This document shows, piece after piece, positions 30,003 to 32,000 of a DNA stretch of 32,000 nucleotides (its first letter is position 1; each line of letters begins with the position of its first letter). The stretch is from Phycisphaera mikurensis NBRC 102666 (GTDB lineage: Bacteria; Planctomycetota; Phycisphaerae; Phycisphaerales; Phycisphaeraceae). A program made the translations under genes and the position numbers. The notes beneath the pieces were generated by a model. It did no database searches. It was not told the origin of the DNA and saw only the letters and a list, made by a program, of their open reading frames with translations. The DNA lies in assembly GCF_000284115.1 (NCBI RefSeq), contig NC_017080.1:1590001-1622000 (forward strand), given 5' to 3'.

Positions 30003-30650
30003 TCAGCCGGCGGCGTGGAGCGCCCGCTCGATGGCGTGCTCGAGCTCCTTGGCGTCCGAGGCGTCGCCGGGGGCGAGGAAGGTGAGCCCGGCGGGGCCGG
30101 TCTCGAGCATCGCGTCCTCGCCGGCGGCGTCCACCAGCGCGGGCTGGCTCGCCCACGCGGCGGCTTCCGCCGCGTCGTTGGCGCGGACCGTGCGCGGGGC
30201 GTCGACGCTCTGGTAGCCGAATCCGTCGAGCAGGCCCTCGGGCGCGCCGGCGGGCAGCGACACGGCGTGCAGGGGGTCGGTGCCGCTGCGGGGCTGGTGC
30301 ACGGCGATGAGCCGGCGGGTCGTCGGCGTGTGTCGGCCGCCGACCTGGTCGATGAGCCCGAAGGTCGTGAAGGCGTGGATGCCCCGCTCGCCGTGCGCGA
30401 CGGCGGTGACCCGGCGGGCACGGCCCGCGTTGAGGATCGCGACGCCGTCCAGGCCCGCGGGCAGCTCGTCGCTCCGCTCCTGGGTCTCCACCGAGAGGCC
30501 GGCGTCGCGGGCGGCGTCGCCGGCGGCCTCTGCGCGCGAGGCTTTCTTCTGGGTGAGCAGGATGCAGAGGACGACGACGCCGGCGATCACGGCGCCGACG
30601 ATCGAGGCGGTGACCCAGACGGCGGCGGCGAGGGAGGGAAGGAGGGTCAT
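30003..30650 (-). CDS. Small protein with one N-terminal transmembrane helix, unknown function
   Basis: MTLLPSLAAAVWVTASIVGAVIAGVVVLCILLTQKKASRAEAAGDAARDAG followed by a soluble domain. Confidence 0.55.
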   Translation of the reverse strand: MTLLPSLAAAVWVTASIVGAVIAGVVVLCILLTQKKASRAEAAGDAARDAGLSVETQERSDELPAGLDGVAILNAGRARRVTAVAHGERGIHAFTTFGLIDQVGGRHTPTTRRLIAVHQPRSGTDPLHAVSLPAGAPEGLLDGFGYQSVDAPRTVRANDAAEAAAWASQPALVDAAGEDAMLETGPAGLTFLAPGDASDAKELEHAIERALHAAG

Positions 30651-30681
30651 GGGCGTGGCGTCGTGGGGGTGGGAGGGTGAT

Positions 30682-30704
30682 TGCGTGCGTGCGTGCGTGC
30701 GTGC
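30682..30704. repeat. Tetranucleotide tract (TGCG)n, about 5.5 units
   Basis: ttgcgtgcgtgcgtgcgtgcgtgcc, 32 bp upstream of the minus-strand ATG at 30650. Confidence 0.85.
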
Positions 30705-30799
30705 CGGCGCGGCGCGGCGATGGAACGTCGGGGCCGCCCGGGCTCGGGTCCACGCCTCGCCGGCCGACGGCCAGCGGGACGCTCGCCCGCCGGGCCGCT

Positions 30800-32000
<1,201 letters not shown>

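Overview
High-GC (roughly three quarters G+C by eye), densely coded chromosomal window. Its gene content would fit a planctomycete such as a Phycisphaera-like lineage, but that is inference. About 25 coding genes are supported. They are tilS, an MsbA-type ABC exporter, a large GH63/MGH1-type glucosidase, an EIIA(Ntr)-like PTS protein, recQ, an archaeal-type cofactor-independent phosphoglycerate mutase, GT2 and sulfotransferase-like genes, a six-gene minus-strand polysaccharide export/glycosyltransferase operon (13451-21287), nnrD, a histidine kinase, metF, two lipoproteins, an HU protein with a histone-H1-like tail, a stand-alone ureC and monomeric isocitrate dehydrogenase. No CRISPR, prophage, IS element, tRNA or rRNA was seen. 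Two non-coding-type signals stand out. (1) A dispersed 46-bp bipartite element, CCGCGGACCG-N26-CGGTCCGCGG, occurs seven times: five exact and two with one mismatch in one or both arms. The arm-to-arm offset is always exactly 36 bp, and copies lie both between and inside genes. (2) A 7-copy, ~106-bp tandem array at about 6266-6998 carries two perfect GGC-NNN-GCC-core hairpins per unit. It lies between the convergent glucosidase and ptsN-like genes.
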